64,000 nucleotides of DNA from Patescibacteria group bacterium (GTDB lineage Bacteria > Patescibacteriota > Minisyncoccia > Phycocordibacterales > Phycocordibacteraceae). The stretch covers positions 62 to 64,061 of the forward strand of contig JANLHF010000001.1 of assembly GCA_024653825.1 (NCBI GenBank), written 5' to 3'. The position numbers and the translations under genes were made by a program. How positions within the stretch are numbered: the stretch's first letter is position 1; each line of letters begins with the position of its first letter. A model generated the notes under the pieces. That model saw only the letters and a program-made list of their open reading frames with translations. It had not been told where the DNA came from and did no database searches. Below, piece by piece: positions 19,511-29,448 of this stretch.

Positions 19511-20943
19511 CTTCATTTTCTCGCCGTCCTCGTGGCTCTATTATGCTCTTGGTTCTGGTGTTTGCCGGCATCTTTTCCACGGTACTTACCGCACTTTCCG
19601 GATATGTCCTCGTCCAAAACCGCTCGGAAGACGCTGCCCGTACCAAGGTACAAGCTTTTTCGGTGGCCGAAGCGGGTCTCGAATACTATCGCTGGTATCT
19701 CGAACATTTTCCGAACGACCTCACGAACGGTACGGGTGATGCCGGACCGTATCCGGTCACTATTTCCGCGCCTGAAGGGGGCATCGCGGGGACGGCATCG
19801 CTCACCATTACGGCGAATACGTCCTGCGCACAAACAACTTCGATTGATATTTCATCTACCGGCACGTCAACTGAAGATCCTTCATTTCCGCAGACGCTTG
19901 TTGCCCGCTATGCTCGTCCTTCAGTCGCTTCGTATTCATATATCGTCCATGACAGTGTGTGGGCTGGTGCCGATCGCGTCATAAACGGTCCTTATCATTC
20001 CAACGGTGGCATCCGTATGGATGGCACATCGAATGCGCCGGTCACAAGTTCACTTTCCACGTGGATCTGCACCTCCAATTTCGGATGTTCGCACAACACG
20101 AGCGAACCGGGCGTCTTTGGTGCAGGAACCGACCAGAACCTCTGGGACTATCCGACGCCGCAAGTGAATTTTGCCGGCATTGCCGCTGACTTTTCCTCAC
20201 TCAAAACAACCGCGCAGTCAGGCGGCATATACCTCCCGCGCTACAGTTCGGGCAACAGCGGGAGCAATGCATATCACAAGGGCTACCATCTCGTCTTCAG
20301 CGAAAACGGTACGGTCACGGTCTGGCATGTCACGTCAACGACCAAATTGAATGTGACACCCGTCAACAGCAGTGACCCCTCAACCGATTACGCACTCATT
20401 AATAACGAGACGCGTGATGCAACCTACACGCTTCCGGCGAGTTGCGGACTCATCTTCATCGAGGACAACACGTGGATAGAAGGAACAATTCCCTCAAAGG
20501 TCACTGTCGTTGTCGCGAATGTAAGCGATACCGGCGTCGTCCCCGATGCCTTTCTCCACGGAACCATTACGTACGCCTCAAACGGCGGCACGAGCGGACT
20601 CACTCTCATTTCAGAACACAATATACTCATTGCTCCCGATTCGCCGCAGGATATGACCTTGGACGGAGTTTTTGTTGCACAATCAGGAGCATTCGGCCGC
20701 AATTATTATTCCTGTTCTTCGTACCCTTCATACAGTCAAAAAGGAACGCTCACCATTCTCGGCTCAACCATTTCGTATAAACGTACCGGAACGCAATGGA
20801 CCGGTTCAGCATGCGGAAAAAATTACTCCTCCGGATACGCAACGCGCATTGATTCATTTGATCGGGCTCTCGCGAATAATCCTCCTCCTTTTACGCCAAC
20901 AACCTCAACTGATTTTCGGTTTGTCGACTGGCGGCAGGAATAG
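19507..20943 (+). CDS. PilX-like minor pilin
   Basis: RG|SIMLLVLVF...AFSVAEAGLE (PilX N-terminus); ends in WRQE. Confidence 0.82.
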   Translation: MTSFSRRPRGSIMLLVLVFAGIFSTVLTALSGYVLVQNRSEDAARTKVQAFSVAEAGLEYYRWYLEHFPNDLTNGTGDAGPYPVTISAPEGGIAGTASLTITANTSCAQTTSIDISSTGTSTEDPSFPQTLVARYARPSVASYSYIVHDSVWAGADRVINGPYHSNGGIRMDGTSNAPVTSSLSTWICTSNFGCSHNTSEPGVFGAGTDQNLWDYPTPQVNFAGIAADFSSLKTTAQSGGIYLPRYSSGNSGSNAYHKGYHLVFSENGTVTVWHVTSTTKLNVTPVNSSDPSTDYALINNETRDATYTLPASCGLIFIEDNTWIEGTIPSKVTVVVANVSDTGVVPDAFLHGTITYASNGGTSGLTLISEHNILIAPDSPQDMTLDGVFVAQSGAFGRNYYSCSSYPSYSQKGTLTILGSTISYKRTGTQWTGSACGKNYSSGYATRIDSFDRALANNPPPFTPTTSTDFRFVDWRQE

Positions 20944-20977
20944 GCCGTCGACACATTCTGGCTGGTATACTATCCCT

Positions 20978-21721
20978 ATGCTCATTGTCGCGAATTGGAA
21001 GGCCTATATAGAAGACCTCGCAAAGGCGAAAAAGCTTTTTGCGCTCGGGAAACGCCTTTCAAGCGCGGCCGGTATCTCTATCGTCCTTGCGCCACCAGCA
21101 CCGTTCCTTGGTATTCTTGCCGCAAAAAATAAATCCGCGGTCACTTTTGCCGCACAAGATGTCTCGCGCACCACTGGAGGAGCGAACACCGGCGAAGTCC
21201 CGGCACAGGCGTATGCGGCAGTAGGCGCGACCTATGCGATTGTTGGCCATTCTGAACGTCGGGCAACGGGAGATACCGACGCCATCGTCGCCGAGAAGCT
21301 CGCTCATGCACTCGTAAACGGTCTCACTCCCATCCTTTGTGTCGGCGAAAGAGAGCGCGACGGAGAAGGGCGATATCTTGCTGTCATCCGCGAAGAATTG
21401 ACGGTCGCCATCGAATCGCTCACCCCGAAGGAACGCGCGAAGGTTATTATTGCCTATGAACCGCTCTGGGCGATAGGGAAGACTGCTGATGCCGCGATTG
21501 AGCCGGATGATCTCGGTGAAATGGTGCTCTACATCCGCAAGGTCCTTGCAGAGCTGCTGCCCGGGAAGAGTTCCCGCGGGGCGCTCGTGCTCTATGGTGG
21601 CTCGGCAGAACCGGATAATATCCGCGCGCTAGCAGCGAGTACGAGCGTCGACGGATTCCTCATCGGGCACGCATCGGTTGACCCTCACTCCTTTTCTCTC
21701 CTGGTAAAAAATCTTTCCTAA
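20978..21721 (+). CDS. tpiA: triosephosphate isomerase
   Basis: ANWK, VGHSERR, IAYEPLWAIG, LYGGS. Confidence 0.96.
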   Translation: MLIVANWKAYIEDLAKAKKLFALGKRLSSAAGISIVLAPPAPFLGILAAKNKSAVTFAAQDVSRTTGGANTGEVPAQAYAAVGATYAIVGHSERRATGDTDAIVAEKLAHALVNGLTPILCVGERERDGEGRYLAVIREELTVAIESLTPKERAKVIIAYEPLWAIGKTADAAIEPDDLGEMVLYIRKVLAELLPGKSSRGALVLYGGSAEPDNIRALAASTSVDGFLIGHASVDPHSFSLLVKNLS

Positions 21722-21723
21722 CA

Positions 21724-22878
21724 ATGCGCACGGTCCGCGACATTCAACTATTCGAACACGTACCGATACTCGTGCGCGCGGCGCTCAATGTGCCGGTCGA
21801 GAACGGCCGCGTTACCAACGATTACCGACTCCGGCGCGCACTTCCGACCATTCAGTATCTGTGTGAACGAGGGGCAAGAGTTGTTCTCATCAGCCATCTC
21901 GGCGAACAGGGGACCGAAACGCTCGCGCCGGTTGCGGAGGCGCTCGGGAAACTCATCTCCGGTGTCTCATTCTGCGGAGAGACCGTTGGCGCGCGGGCGC
22001 GCGACGCGATCCGCACTCTCGCACCCGGAGGAGTCCTTGTGCTGGAAAATCTACGCCGTAATCGGGGAGAGAAAATGAACGATTCTTCATTCGCCCATGA
22101 GCTTTCTTCTCTCGGCGACGTGTTCGTGCAAGATTCTTTTGATACCTGTCATCGCTTTCATTCCTCCATCGTCGGCGTCCCCTCTCTTCTTCCCAACTAT
22201 GCCGGCCTGCTTCTTGAAGAAGAGATTGAGGAGCTCACGCGCGCGCTCGCACCCGCACATCCCGCACTCGCCGTCATCGGAGGAATGAAATTCAGCACCA
22301 AGGAACCTACGATTACCTCTTTACTCGCGGTCTATGATCAGGTCTTTGTCGGCGGAGCTCTCGCCGATGACTTCTTCAGAGCCTCGGGGCAAGAAGTGGG
22401 GAGGTCTCTCATTTCAGGGGCAGATCCGTCGCATGTTAAACGTCTGCTTACCAATAAGAAACTTGTTCTGCCGATTGATTCGGTGGTCGTCCCCGCAACC
22501 GCACTTGGCGAGAAAAATATATATGAGAAAGCGCGCGTTGCGACATTCGGACAGGTTCACCCTGATGAAACCATTCTTGATAACGGACCGGCCACCGTGG
22601 CACTTCTCGCTAATCTCGTAAAAAAAGCAAAAACAATTCTCTGGAACGGCCCCCTGGGGAATTATGAGAACGGATTCGTCGACGCGACCGATGCCCTCGC
22701 GCGTGCCATCACTGCTTCGAGCGCCCGTTCGATCGTCGGAGGGGGGGACACGGTCGCATCAATTGAAGGTCTTCGGCTGTTGCCAAAATTCTCTTTCGTC
22801 TCTACCGGAGGAGGGGCGATGTTGGAATTCCTCGCCAAAGGAACCCTGCCCGGCATCGAGGCATTAGACAATAGGTGA
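21724..22878 (+). CDS. pgk: phosphoglycerate kinase
   Basis: LNVP, SHLG, LENLR, WNGPLG, VGGGDT, STGGGAMLEFL. Confidence 0.96.
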   Translation: MRTVRDIQLFEHVPILVRAALNVPVENGRVTNDYRLRRALPTIQYLCERGARVVLISHLGEQGTETLAPVAEALGKLISGVSFCGETVGARARDAIRTLAPGGVLVLENLRRNRGEKMNDSSFAHELSSLGDVFVQDSFDTCHRFHSSIVGVPSLLPNYAGLLLEEEIEELTRALAPAHPALAVIGGMKFSTKEPTITSLLAVYDQVFVGGALADDFFRASGQEVGRSLISGADPSHVKRLLTNKKLVLPIDSVVVPATALGEKNIYEKARVATFGQVHPDETILDNGPATVALLANLVKKAKTILWNGPLGNYENGFVDATDALARAITASSARSIVGGGDTVASIEGLRLLPKFSFVSTGGGAMLEFLAKGTLPGIEALDNR

Positions 22879-22937
22879 TTTGAGTGGTAGTTTTTTTAGT
22901 GGTGAAAGGTTATTCACTATAAAAAGTGGAGGAACGT

Positions 22938-23132
22938 ATGAAAGTCTGGCACTTGGGCTGTTTGATTATCGCCCTCGCAGTACTCTGGGGAGTCGGCCTG
23001 CTCCTCGGTTTCAAGAACGAATACGTCCTATCCGTGTGCGGCGTGATCGCCTTCGGCGTTATCGCCTACATGGAGGGCCACGACGCCCTGAGGGGAGAGG
23101 GAGAAAATCGAGAGGGCGAAAAAAGAGTGTAG
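22938..23132 (+). CDS. small hypothetical membrane protein
   Basis: GGAGG SD, two TM segments, downstream hairpin and T-run. Confidence 0.6.
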   Translation: MKVWHLGCLIIALAVLWGVGLLLGFKNEYVLSVCGVIAFGVIAYMEGHDALRGEGENREGEKRV

Positions 23133-23181
23133 GTGTAGGCCGCCCGTGCGAGCGCCGACCTTCGGGATCGGCGTTTTTTAT

Positions 23182-23538
23182 TTAAACGAGCCCTATCGTG
23201 TCATCAAACTTCCGCGGGATGAGGTGTATATGCACGTGTGGCACATCTTTCCCGACGATAGAGAGTTGAATATAGTCGGCCCCCATTTTTTCTTTCAGCT
23301 CACGCGCAAGTTTCCGCGCAACTTTGAATAGGTCATTCGCGATGTCATCTGGCAATTCCCAAAACCACTGATAATGCCTTGAGGGGACCACGAGTGTGTG
23401 GCCGGGGCGTACCGGCTGATAATCGGGGAGCGAGACTATTCTTTCGTCCTCGTGGTGGGCCTTCTCGCTTGGAACCTCGCCGGCAATTATTTTGCAAAAA
23501 ATACAGCCTGCACTGATGGGAGTAGAAGTGTTTTCCAT
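23182..23538 (-). CDS. HIT family hydrolase
   Basis: CIFCKII...GHTLVVP...VPHVHIHLIPR. Confidence 0.95.
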   Translation of the reverse strand: MENTSTPISAGCIFCKIIAGEVPSEKAHHEDERIVSLPDYQPVRPGHTLVVPSRHYQWFWELPDDIANDLFKVARKLARELKEKMGADYIQLSIVGKDVPHVHIHLIPRKFDDTIGLV

Positions 23539-23563
23539 CGCTTAAGTATACAATAGCCATTAC

Positions 23564-25318
23564 ATGTTCCCGCTCCATGACCCACTTACTGTCGCGCTCC
23601 GCGAAGAGTTACGCGAATATGACGATCTCACCGCGGCGCTTCTTGCGCGACGCGGGATCCTGACGAAAGAAGATGCGGAAAAATTCCTAAACCCCTCCTA
23701 CGATCTGCACCTCCATGATCCATTTCTGATGACGGATATGAAAAAAGCCGCACGGCGGTTTGCTGATGCGATTATGTCCGGAGAAAAAATAGCCGTGTGG
23801 AGTGACTACGACTGCGATGGCATTCCGGGCGCCGTTTTGATACACGATTTTCTGAAAAAAGTCGGCGCGAATTTTGAAAATTATATTCCGCACCGGCACG
23901 AAGAAGGATACGGGATGAATGTGGGCGGGGTAGAGAAACTCGCGAAGAACGAGGCGAAACTAATCGTCACCGTTGATTCCGGCATTACTGATACTGAGCC
24001 CGTCGCACGTGCAAATGAATTAGGAATAGAAGTCATCGTGACTGACCATCATTTACCTCGCCTCGCCGAAGCTCAAAGCGAAGGCGGGGCGGGAATAATT
24101 CTACCGAACGCATTTGCAATCTTAAATCCGAATGCACGCACCGACGAGACGTATCCCTTCCGTTCGCTCTGCGGCTCAGGTGTCGCATGGAAGCTTGTGT
24201 GCGCGACGCTCGCGATAGAGCCGAAGCTGCGCGAGAAAGTACCAGAAGGATGGGAGAAATGGCTCCTCGACATGGTCGGCCTCGCAACTATTGCGGACAT
24301 GGTCCCACTCGTCGACGAGAATCGTTTGCTCGCAACGTATGGACTCATAGTGATGCGGAAATCACCACGCATTGGTTTACAGAAACTCTGCCGTGGGATG
24401 CGTGTGAACCAAAGAACTATTTCAGAAGACGATGTCGGCTTTATGATCGCGCCGCGAGTAAACGCGGCAAGTCGTCTCGGCGAAGCGCGCGATGCATTTA
24501 CACTCTTTACGACTACTGACGAAAGTGAGGCGGATCTGCTTGCAAAGAAACTAGAGAAATTAAATCGCGAGCGCAAGGCGCAGGCGGGCGCCATCACGCG
24601 TGCGGTGCACGCGCGACTCAAAGAGCGCGAGGTGCGCAGCATCATCGCGCTTGGCGACCCCGAGTGGCGACCAGCGCTTCTCGGTCTCGTTGCCAACACA
24701 ATTGCCGACGAATACGAGCGGCCGGTGTTTCTCTGGGGGAGGGAAGGAAATATGAGCTTGAAGGGGTCATTCCGAAGTGGCGGCGTCGCACAGATGATGG
24801 AGGTGATGCGCACAGCCGAGAATGTGTTCGCCCAGTTCGGCGGACACGCGGCCGCGGGCGGTTTCACCATCATTGATACTGAAGTATTTTTTCTTGAAGA
24901 CCGCCTAAACGAGGCGTACGCGAAACTCGCGAGCGAAAAAGTAGAAGACGACCTCTCCCAGCACGCCGATGCTGTGGTGACTCCGGAAGAGATTTCTGTT
25001 TCATTCCTGCGGAGTGTGGAGAAGCTCACTCCTTTTGGTATAATCAACCCTAAACCCGTGTTCTTGCTACGTGAAGTCTCTGTGCGAGAGATTTCACGCT
25101 TCGGGAAAGCAGAGGAGCATTTGAAATTAAAAATTGATGTGAATGGGAGGAACGGAACGATTGATGCGGTAACATTTTTTGCAAAAGGTTCGCTTGCGCG
25201 CACCGCGGAGAAACTCTCGGTCGGCGATCATGCTCATTTCCTCGCACATCTTGAACGCGACACCTTCAGCAGGGGAAATCCGGTGCGTCTAAGACTTTTA
25301 GATATTAGGGTTGTTTAA
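23564..25318 (+). CDS. recJ: single-stranded-DNA exonuclease RecJ
   Basis: DYDCDG, VTVDSG, TDHH, TIADMVPL, PRVNAASR, GGHAAAGG. Confidence 0.96.
   Translation: MFPLHDPLTVALREELREYDDLTAALLARRGILTKEDAEKFLNPSYDLHLHDPFLMTDMKKAARRFADAIMSGEKIAVWSDYDCDGIPGAVLIHDFLKKVGANFENYIPHRHEEGYGMNVGGVEKLAKNEAKLIVTVDSGITDTEPVARANELGIEVIVTDHHLPRLAEAQSEGGAGIILPNAFAILNPNARTDETYPFRSLCGSGVAWKLVCATLAIEPKLREKVPEGWEKWLLDMVGLATIADMVPLVDENRLLATYGLIVMRKSPRIGLQKLCRGMRVNQRTISEDDVGFMIAPRVNAASRLGEARDAFTLFTTTDESEADLLAKKLEKLNRERKAQAGAITRAVHARLKEREVRSIIALGDPEWRPALLGLVANTIADEYERPVFLWGREGNMSLKGSFRSGGVAQMMEVMRTAENVFAQFGGHAAAGGFTIIDTEVFFLEDRLNEAYAKLASEKVEDDLSQHADAVVTPEEISVSFLRSVEKLTPFGIINPKPVFLLREVSVREISRFGKAEEHLKLKIDVNGRNGTIDAVTFFAKGSLARTAEKLSVGDHAHFLAHLERDTFSRGNPVRLRLLDIRVV
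24059..24088 (+). repeat. REP-like family A copy inserted in frame in recJ
   Basis: CGCCTCGCCGAAGCTCAAAGCGAAGGCGGG is exactly 10 codons (RLAEAQSEGG), two residues after the DHH motif. Confidence 0.8.
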
Positions 25319-25378
25319 TTAGAGGCTAAAGAGTAGTGTTCTCGCAGGACGGGACCAATTCCCGGAAAGGAGAGCTAC

Positions 25379-25621
25379 ATGCTGTCTGGAGCTGAACATC
25401 TCGCGTTTTGTAAGAAGCACGCGTTGCAGGTTCTCGCTGTAAACCTGATAGGTGATGCTTGGGCAACCTTCGTAATCGACCTGGATGCGCATCCCGATAC
25501 CAAAATGACGCCGTCGAAGCTGATGATGTCGATGATGGTGGTGCAGGCTCCGGAGCTGACCAAGGAGCACATGAAAAAGTTCATCGAGGGATACAACCCG
25601 CACGGCATAGGCTTGGGTTAA
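25379..25621 (+). CDS. hypothetical protein (80 aa)
   Basis: AAGGAG SD and a downstream hairpin/T-run. Confidence 0.55.
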   Translation: MLSGAEHLAFCKKHALQVLAVNLIGDAWATFVIDLDAHPDTKMTPSKLMMSMMVVQAPELTKEHMKKFIEGYNPHGIGLG

Positions 25622-25701
25622 GCCGCTCAACGGACACCGCGTCTGTATGAGCGGTTCTGTTTTTATAGATAGGCTCAAACGTACGGTGTATACTTCGCGC
25701 A

Positions 25702-26121
25702 ATGCAATTCACCATTCATGCTGACGGGGGCTCAAGGGGGAACCCGGGGCCGAGCGGCGCCGGCGCGATGATACGCGACCACCTAGGGAACTCGGTCGCG
25801 AGCGTCTCGCAGTTCCTCGGTACGCGCACGAACAACTACGCCGAGTATGAGGCGGTCATTCTAGCTTTTGAAGCACTCGCGAAGCTCGTCCCCTCCAAGA
25901 TGCGGGCGAAGACAGAAGTGATAGTGAAGATGGACAGCGAACTCGTGGTGAAGCAGATGAAAAAAGAGTATAAAGTGAAGCATCCGGTATTGAAAGGGCA
26001 GTATGCCCGCCTCACCCACGCCGCCGGCGCCTTCGGCACCGTCACCTTCACCCACGTCCCGCGCGCACAAAATAGTGACGCCGACGCCCTCGCGAACGAA
26101 GCGATGGATCGGGGAAGTTAA
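25702..26121 (+). CDS. rnhA: ribonuclease HI family protein
   Basis: ADGGSRGNPG, TNNYAEY, DSELVVKQ, HVPRAQN.DADALAN. Confidence 0.93.
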   Translation: MQFTIHADGGSRGNPGPSGAGAMIRDHLGNSVASVSQFLGTRTNNYAEYEAVILAFEALAKLVPSKMRAKTEVIVKMDSELVVKQMKKEYKVKHPVLKGQYARLTHAAGAFGTVTFTHVPRAQNSDADALANEAMDRGS

Positions 26122-26122
26122 T

Positions 26123-26452
26123 ATGAAAACGCTTAAATTCGCACCGCATCTGGTGGAGAAAATTCTCTCGGGCGAAAAGACCGCCACGTGGCGATTGTTT
26201 GATGACAAAGACCTGAAGGAAGGCGATGAACTAATTTTCATCAATAAAGAAACAGGCGAGCAATTCGGCACCGCAACGATTACATCTCTCAAGGTGACGA
26301 CACTCGGCACACTCACCGACGAAGATCGAGCCGGGCACGAGAAATACACGTCAGATGATGAAATATACGCAAGCTTCCGAAAATACTACGGCGACAAAGT
26401 TGACGAGAATTCGGAAGTGAAGATTCTGACTTTTGATTTCAAAGATAAGTAG
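26123..26452 (+). CDS. ASCH domain protein
   Basis: ILSGEKTATWR (GxKxxTxR), GDELIF. Confidence 0.88.
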   Translation: MKTLKFAPHLVEKILSGEKTATWRLFDDKDLKEGDELIFINKETGEQFGTATITSLKVTTLGTLTDEDRAGHEKYTSDDEIYASFRKYYGDKVDENSEVKILTFDFKDK

Positions 26453-26464
26453 TTTTGGTTGGGC

Positions 26465-26527
26465 ATGAATTTTCTCATCGCCATCGTTTCAGGATTTGCG
26501 AGTGGGGTAGGGGTACGACCGGTTTAA
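26465..26527 (+). pseudogene. remnant of a comEC 5' end
   Basis: MNFLIAIVSGFASGVG resembles the comEC start MSILVAVVAGFASGIS. Confidence 0.55.
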
Positions 26528-26602
26528 ACATTTGACGAGACGAGTTATAAGTGCTACTCTTCATTTGGGGAATCCGCCCACAACATTATAAAGGAGTTTC
26601 TC

Positions 26603-27286
26603 GTGAGCACTGCACTTTTGAAACAGCTGTTGTACGGGAAGGACTTTTCGCTTCATGGTCCAGCCGATTTCCTCCACCTCTGCGAGGAGTGGAAGGCAGA
26701 CATCAAGCCGGAGTCTTTCGATCCGCTCATCCCTTTGACCGGAGGAATGAGCTTCCAGATCGTGAATGACAATCGATCCGGACAAGCGCTCGTATTCGGA
26801 AATGACTGGGTGAACCAATGCATCCGCGCCGGGGCAAATACGAAGAATGCGGTGATTTGTTTGGCATCGAATTTCGATGACCACATGGGTCTCGTCGCAC
26901 TTTCGCTCGAGCTCGGCATGGTCGCGCTGAAGCCGAGGACTCCCGACGGCCTCCGCATCGACGCAAATACCTTCATGGAAATCCTCAACGAGGTCTTCGT
27001 GAAGGACTACGCACACGTTCAGAGAATGTCGAGCGAATGGGGTGTCGACGGCATCAAAGAAGGCATCGAGATAGGCCCGAAACGGACCCGTTCCATCTGG
27101 CGCGATGAGCTCGGCTATGATGTTCTGATCCACCCGGTCACTCTCGAGCCGTGCAGACACGAAGACGGTTCCGCACTTAAATACAACGGCACGATTCACT
27201 CCTCGAGCGAGGACAAATGCCATTTCGCGTTTGAGCATCACACGACCGGAGAAGAAGTTCTCTCGCAAGTCTTCCTTCCTGCTTGA
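26603..27286 (+). CDS. hypothetical protein (227 aa)
   Basis: Own TTGACG/TACTCT promoter, AAGGAG SD, GTG start, terminator at about 27305-27338. Confidence 0.7.
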   Translation: MSTALLKQLLYGKDFSLHGPADFLHLCEEWKADIKPESFDPLIPLTGGMSFQIVNDNRSGQALVFGNDWVNQCIRAGANTKNAVICLASNFDDHMGLVALSLELGMVALKPRTPDGLRIDANTFMEILNEVFVKDYAHVQRMSSEWGVDGIKEGIEIGPKRTRSIWRDELGYDVLIHPVTLEPCRHEDGSALKYNGTIHSSSEDKCHFAFEHHTTGEEVLSQVFLPA

Positions 27287-27354
27287 CCTGCCTTGGTCAC
27301 ACAGCGCCGCCCAAACAACTTAGGGCGGCGTCTTATTTTTGATACGATGCATTC

Positions 27355-28851
27355 ATGAGCATCCTTGTCGCAGTGGTTGCAGGGTTCGCGAGCGGGATTT
27401 CTCTCCGCTCGCTTTTTTATTTCGACTGGGAACCGGTGGTGTTTGTTTTGATGATGGCGGCGCTGATTGGCGCGTTTGCTTTTATGAAGCCGCGGCGAGC
27501 ATACACGCTCGGTGCGGTGTTTTTTATTTTTGTCGCGCTCGGGATGGGGAGGTCAGCGATCGCAGACACGCCCGCGCCGGAAGCGTTTACGCGTGACCTG
27601 AAGCATCGTGTCTCCTACGACGCCGTCGTCGTGGGAGACCCCGACATCCGCGAGAAGAGTCAGCGAATTGCTGTTGAAGTTATTTCAGGAGAAGACAAAG
27701 TGGGAATGCTCGCCGTGATGCCGCTCTCGGCGAGAGTGGCAGTGGGCGACCGCGTGCGCGTGTACGGCACACTCTCCCTCCCACAAGCATTTGAGACAGA
27801 CGGCGGACGCACCTTCCGCTACGACAAATACCTTCAGGCGCGAAATGTCCGCTTCCTCCTTCAGTTCGGGACGATATACACGCGAGAACCGGCACCGTGG
27901 TATTCCGTCCCCGCTGCGCTCGCACACATGAAGCACACATTCTTAGACGGACTCAACCGTGCGTTACCAAACCCGCCAGCGGCGCTCGCGGGCGGCATCG
28001 TGATAGGAGGGAAGCAGGGGCTCGGCACCGAGCTCCAAGACGCCTTCACACGCTCGGGACTCGTACAGATAATTGTGCTCTCCGGATACAACGTGATGAT
28101 AGTGGCCGAATGGGTGATGGCATTCCTCGCCCTTCTTCTCTTGCCACGCCGGCTCCAGTACTTCGCCGGCGGGGCGGCGCTTCTCTTGTTCGTCGGCATC
28201 GCCGGTATCTCTGCCACCGCCGTGCGCGCCGCGATCATGGCGGTCATCGCGCTCTACGCGCGCGCGACCGGCCGCTCTTATGCCGCGAGCCGTGCACTGC
28301 TCTTCACCGTCTTCTTGATGATTGTGTGGAATCCTCTCTATTTATGCTTTGACCCCGGCTTCGGACTCTCCGTCGCCGCGACCGCGGGCATCATCTGGCT
28401 CTCGCCAATCATCGAAGCGCGCCTCACTCGCTTGCGGCCCTTTTTAAAAAACGCCGTGGCGACGACGCTCGCTGCACAAATTTCAGTATTACCGCTCCTT
28501 CTCTACAACATCGGGCTCTTCTCGCTCGTCGCCCTACCAGCAAATCTTCTCGTCAATCCGCTCATGCCACTCGCGATGGCTTCGGCCGCTATCGCAGGCG
28601 TCGTCGGCATGACCATCGGACCTTTCGTCCCGATTATCGCGACCATTGTCGGCTATCCCGCCCTCATCCTCATGCGCTATCTTATTTTTATTGCAGAAAA
28701 AAGTTCCGCACTGCCGTATGCGGCGTTCACGATTGCCCGTTTCCCATTTTTACTCGTCCTCGCCGCTTACGTGGCGCTCGTCTGGGTAGTCGCTTCAAAA
28801 CGCTTCTCAACGACAGACCAATTCAAGTTCGCCAAGAAGGCGTCCACATAA
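27355..28851 (+). CDS. comEC: competence protein ComEC (no beta-lactamase domain)
   Basis: F.RSGL..IIVLSG.NV, AVRAAIM, NPL...DPGFGLS, ANLL. Confidence 0.93.
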   Translation: MSILVAVVAGFASGISLRSLFYFDWEPVVFVLMMAALIGAFAFMKPRRAYTLGAVFFIFVALGMGRSAIADTPAPEAFTRDLKHRVSYDAVVVGDPDIREKSQRIAVEVISGEDKVGMLAVMPLSARVAVGDRVRVYGTLSLPQAFETDGGRTFRYDKYLQARNVRFLLQFGTIYTREPAPWYSVPAALAHMKHTFLDGLNRALPNPPAALAGGIVIGGKQGLGTELQDAFTRSGLVQIIVLSGYNVMIVAEWVMAFLALLLLPRRLQYFAGGAALLLFVGIAGISATAVRAAIMAVIALYARATGRSYAASRALLFTVFLMIVWNPLYLCFDPGFGLSVAATAGIIWLSPIIEARLTRLRPFLKNAVATTLAAQISVLPLLLYNIGLFSLVALPANLLVNPLMPLAMASAAIAGVVGMTIGPFVPIIATIVGYPALILMRYLIFIAEKSSALPYAAFTIARFPFLLVLAAYVALVWVVASKRFSTTDQFKFAKKAST

Positions 28852-29369
28852 TTCTTCTTCTCCGCTGGCACATAGTCCACCATAAAGGCGTGCTCCCAGA
28901 GGTCGAGCGCAAGGATGATGGGACAGCCAGCGAGCTGTCCGAGTTCGTGATCGTTTACAAAGACGGTGTGCAAAGTATTCGCATCTTTATAGACGACGGC
29001 CCAGCCAATACCTCTGCTCCCAGCAACTTCCTTTATATGCGCGATGAAGTTCTCGCCACTGCCGTACTTCTCTGCCGCCGCTTTCGCGAGCGCGCTTTCT
29101 GTGTTCATTTCGCTACTTCCTTCCTCCAGTTGCTCAAAATAGTATTCGTGCATGCGCATACCATCAAACTCAAAAGCGAAACGTCGGCGGAGTTCGGTGA
29201 TGAGATAGGCGTTTCCTTCGGCATCTGCTTCTTTGAGCGTTTTAATCTTCTCCATAATTAAATTCACGTGCTTCACGTAGCCCTCATACAATCCAAGATG
29301 CACTTTGATCTGTTTCTCCGACAATCCCGTGAGGGAAGGGAGGTTAAATGTTTTTGCTGTGTAGGTCAT
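28767..29369 (-). CDS. sod: Fe/Mn superoxide dismutase family protein
   Basis: H..LY.GYV, MRMHEYYF, GIGWA, LDLWEHAF. Confidence 0.9.
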   Translation of the reverse strand: MTYTAKTFNLPSLTGLSEKQIKVHLGLYEGYVKHVNLIMEKIKTLKEADAEGNAYLITELRRRFAFEFDGMRMHEYYFEQLEEGSSEMNTESALAKAAAEKYGSGENFIAHIKEVAGSRGIGWAVVYKDANTLHTVFVNDHELGQLAGCPIILALDLWEHAFMVDYVPAEKKNYVDAFLANLNWSVVEKRFEATTQTSAT

Positions 29370-29448
29370 AGCAGAATAATAGCAGAGGAGGGGACGGCCG
29401 GAAAATAAAAAACGCCGTTTCCTTTTCAGGGCGTGCGCTTTCTGTCGA

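Noticed and set aside
20672-20977. Long N-terminal extensions in the ORF track (tpiA, protease, sod, ruvC, second PilB, polA and others)
   Set aside because: They overlap neighbouring genes. Family N-termini and -10 boxes point to downstream ATGs.
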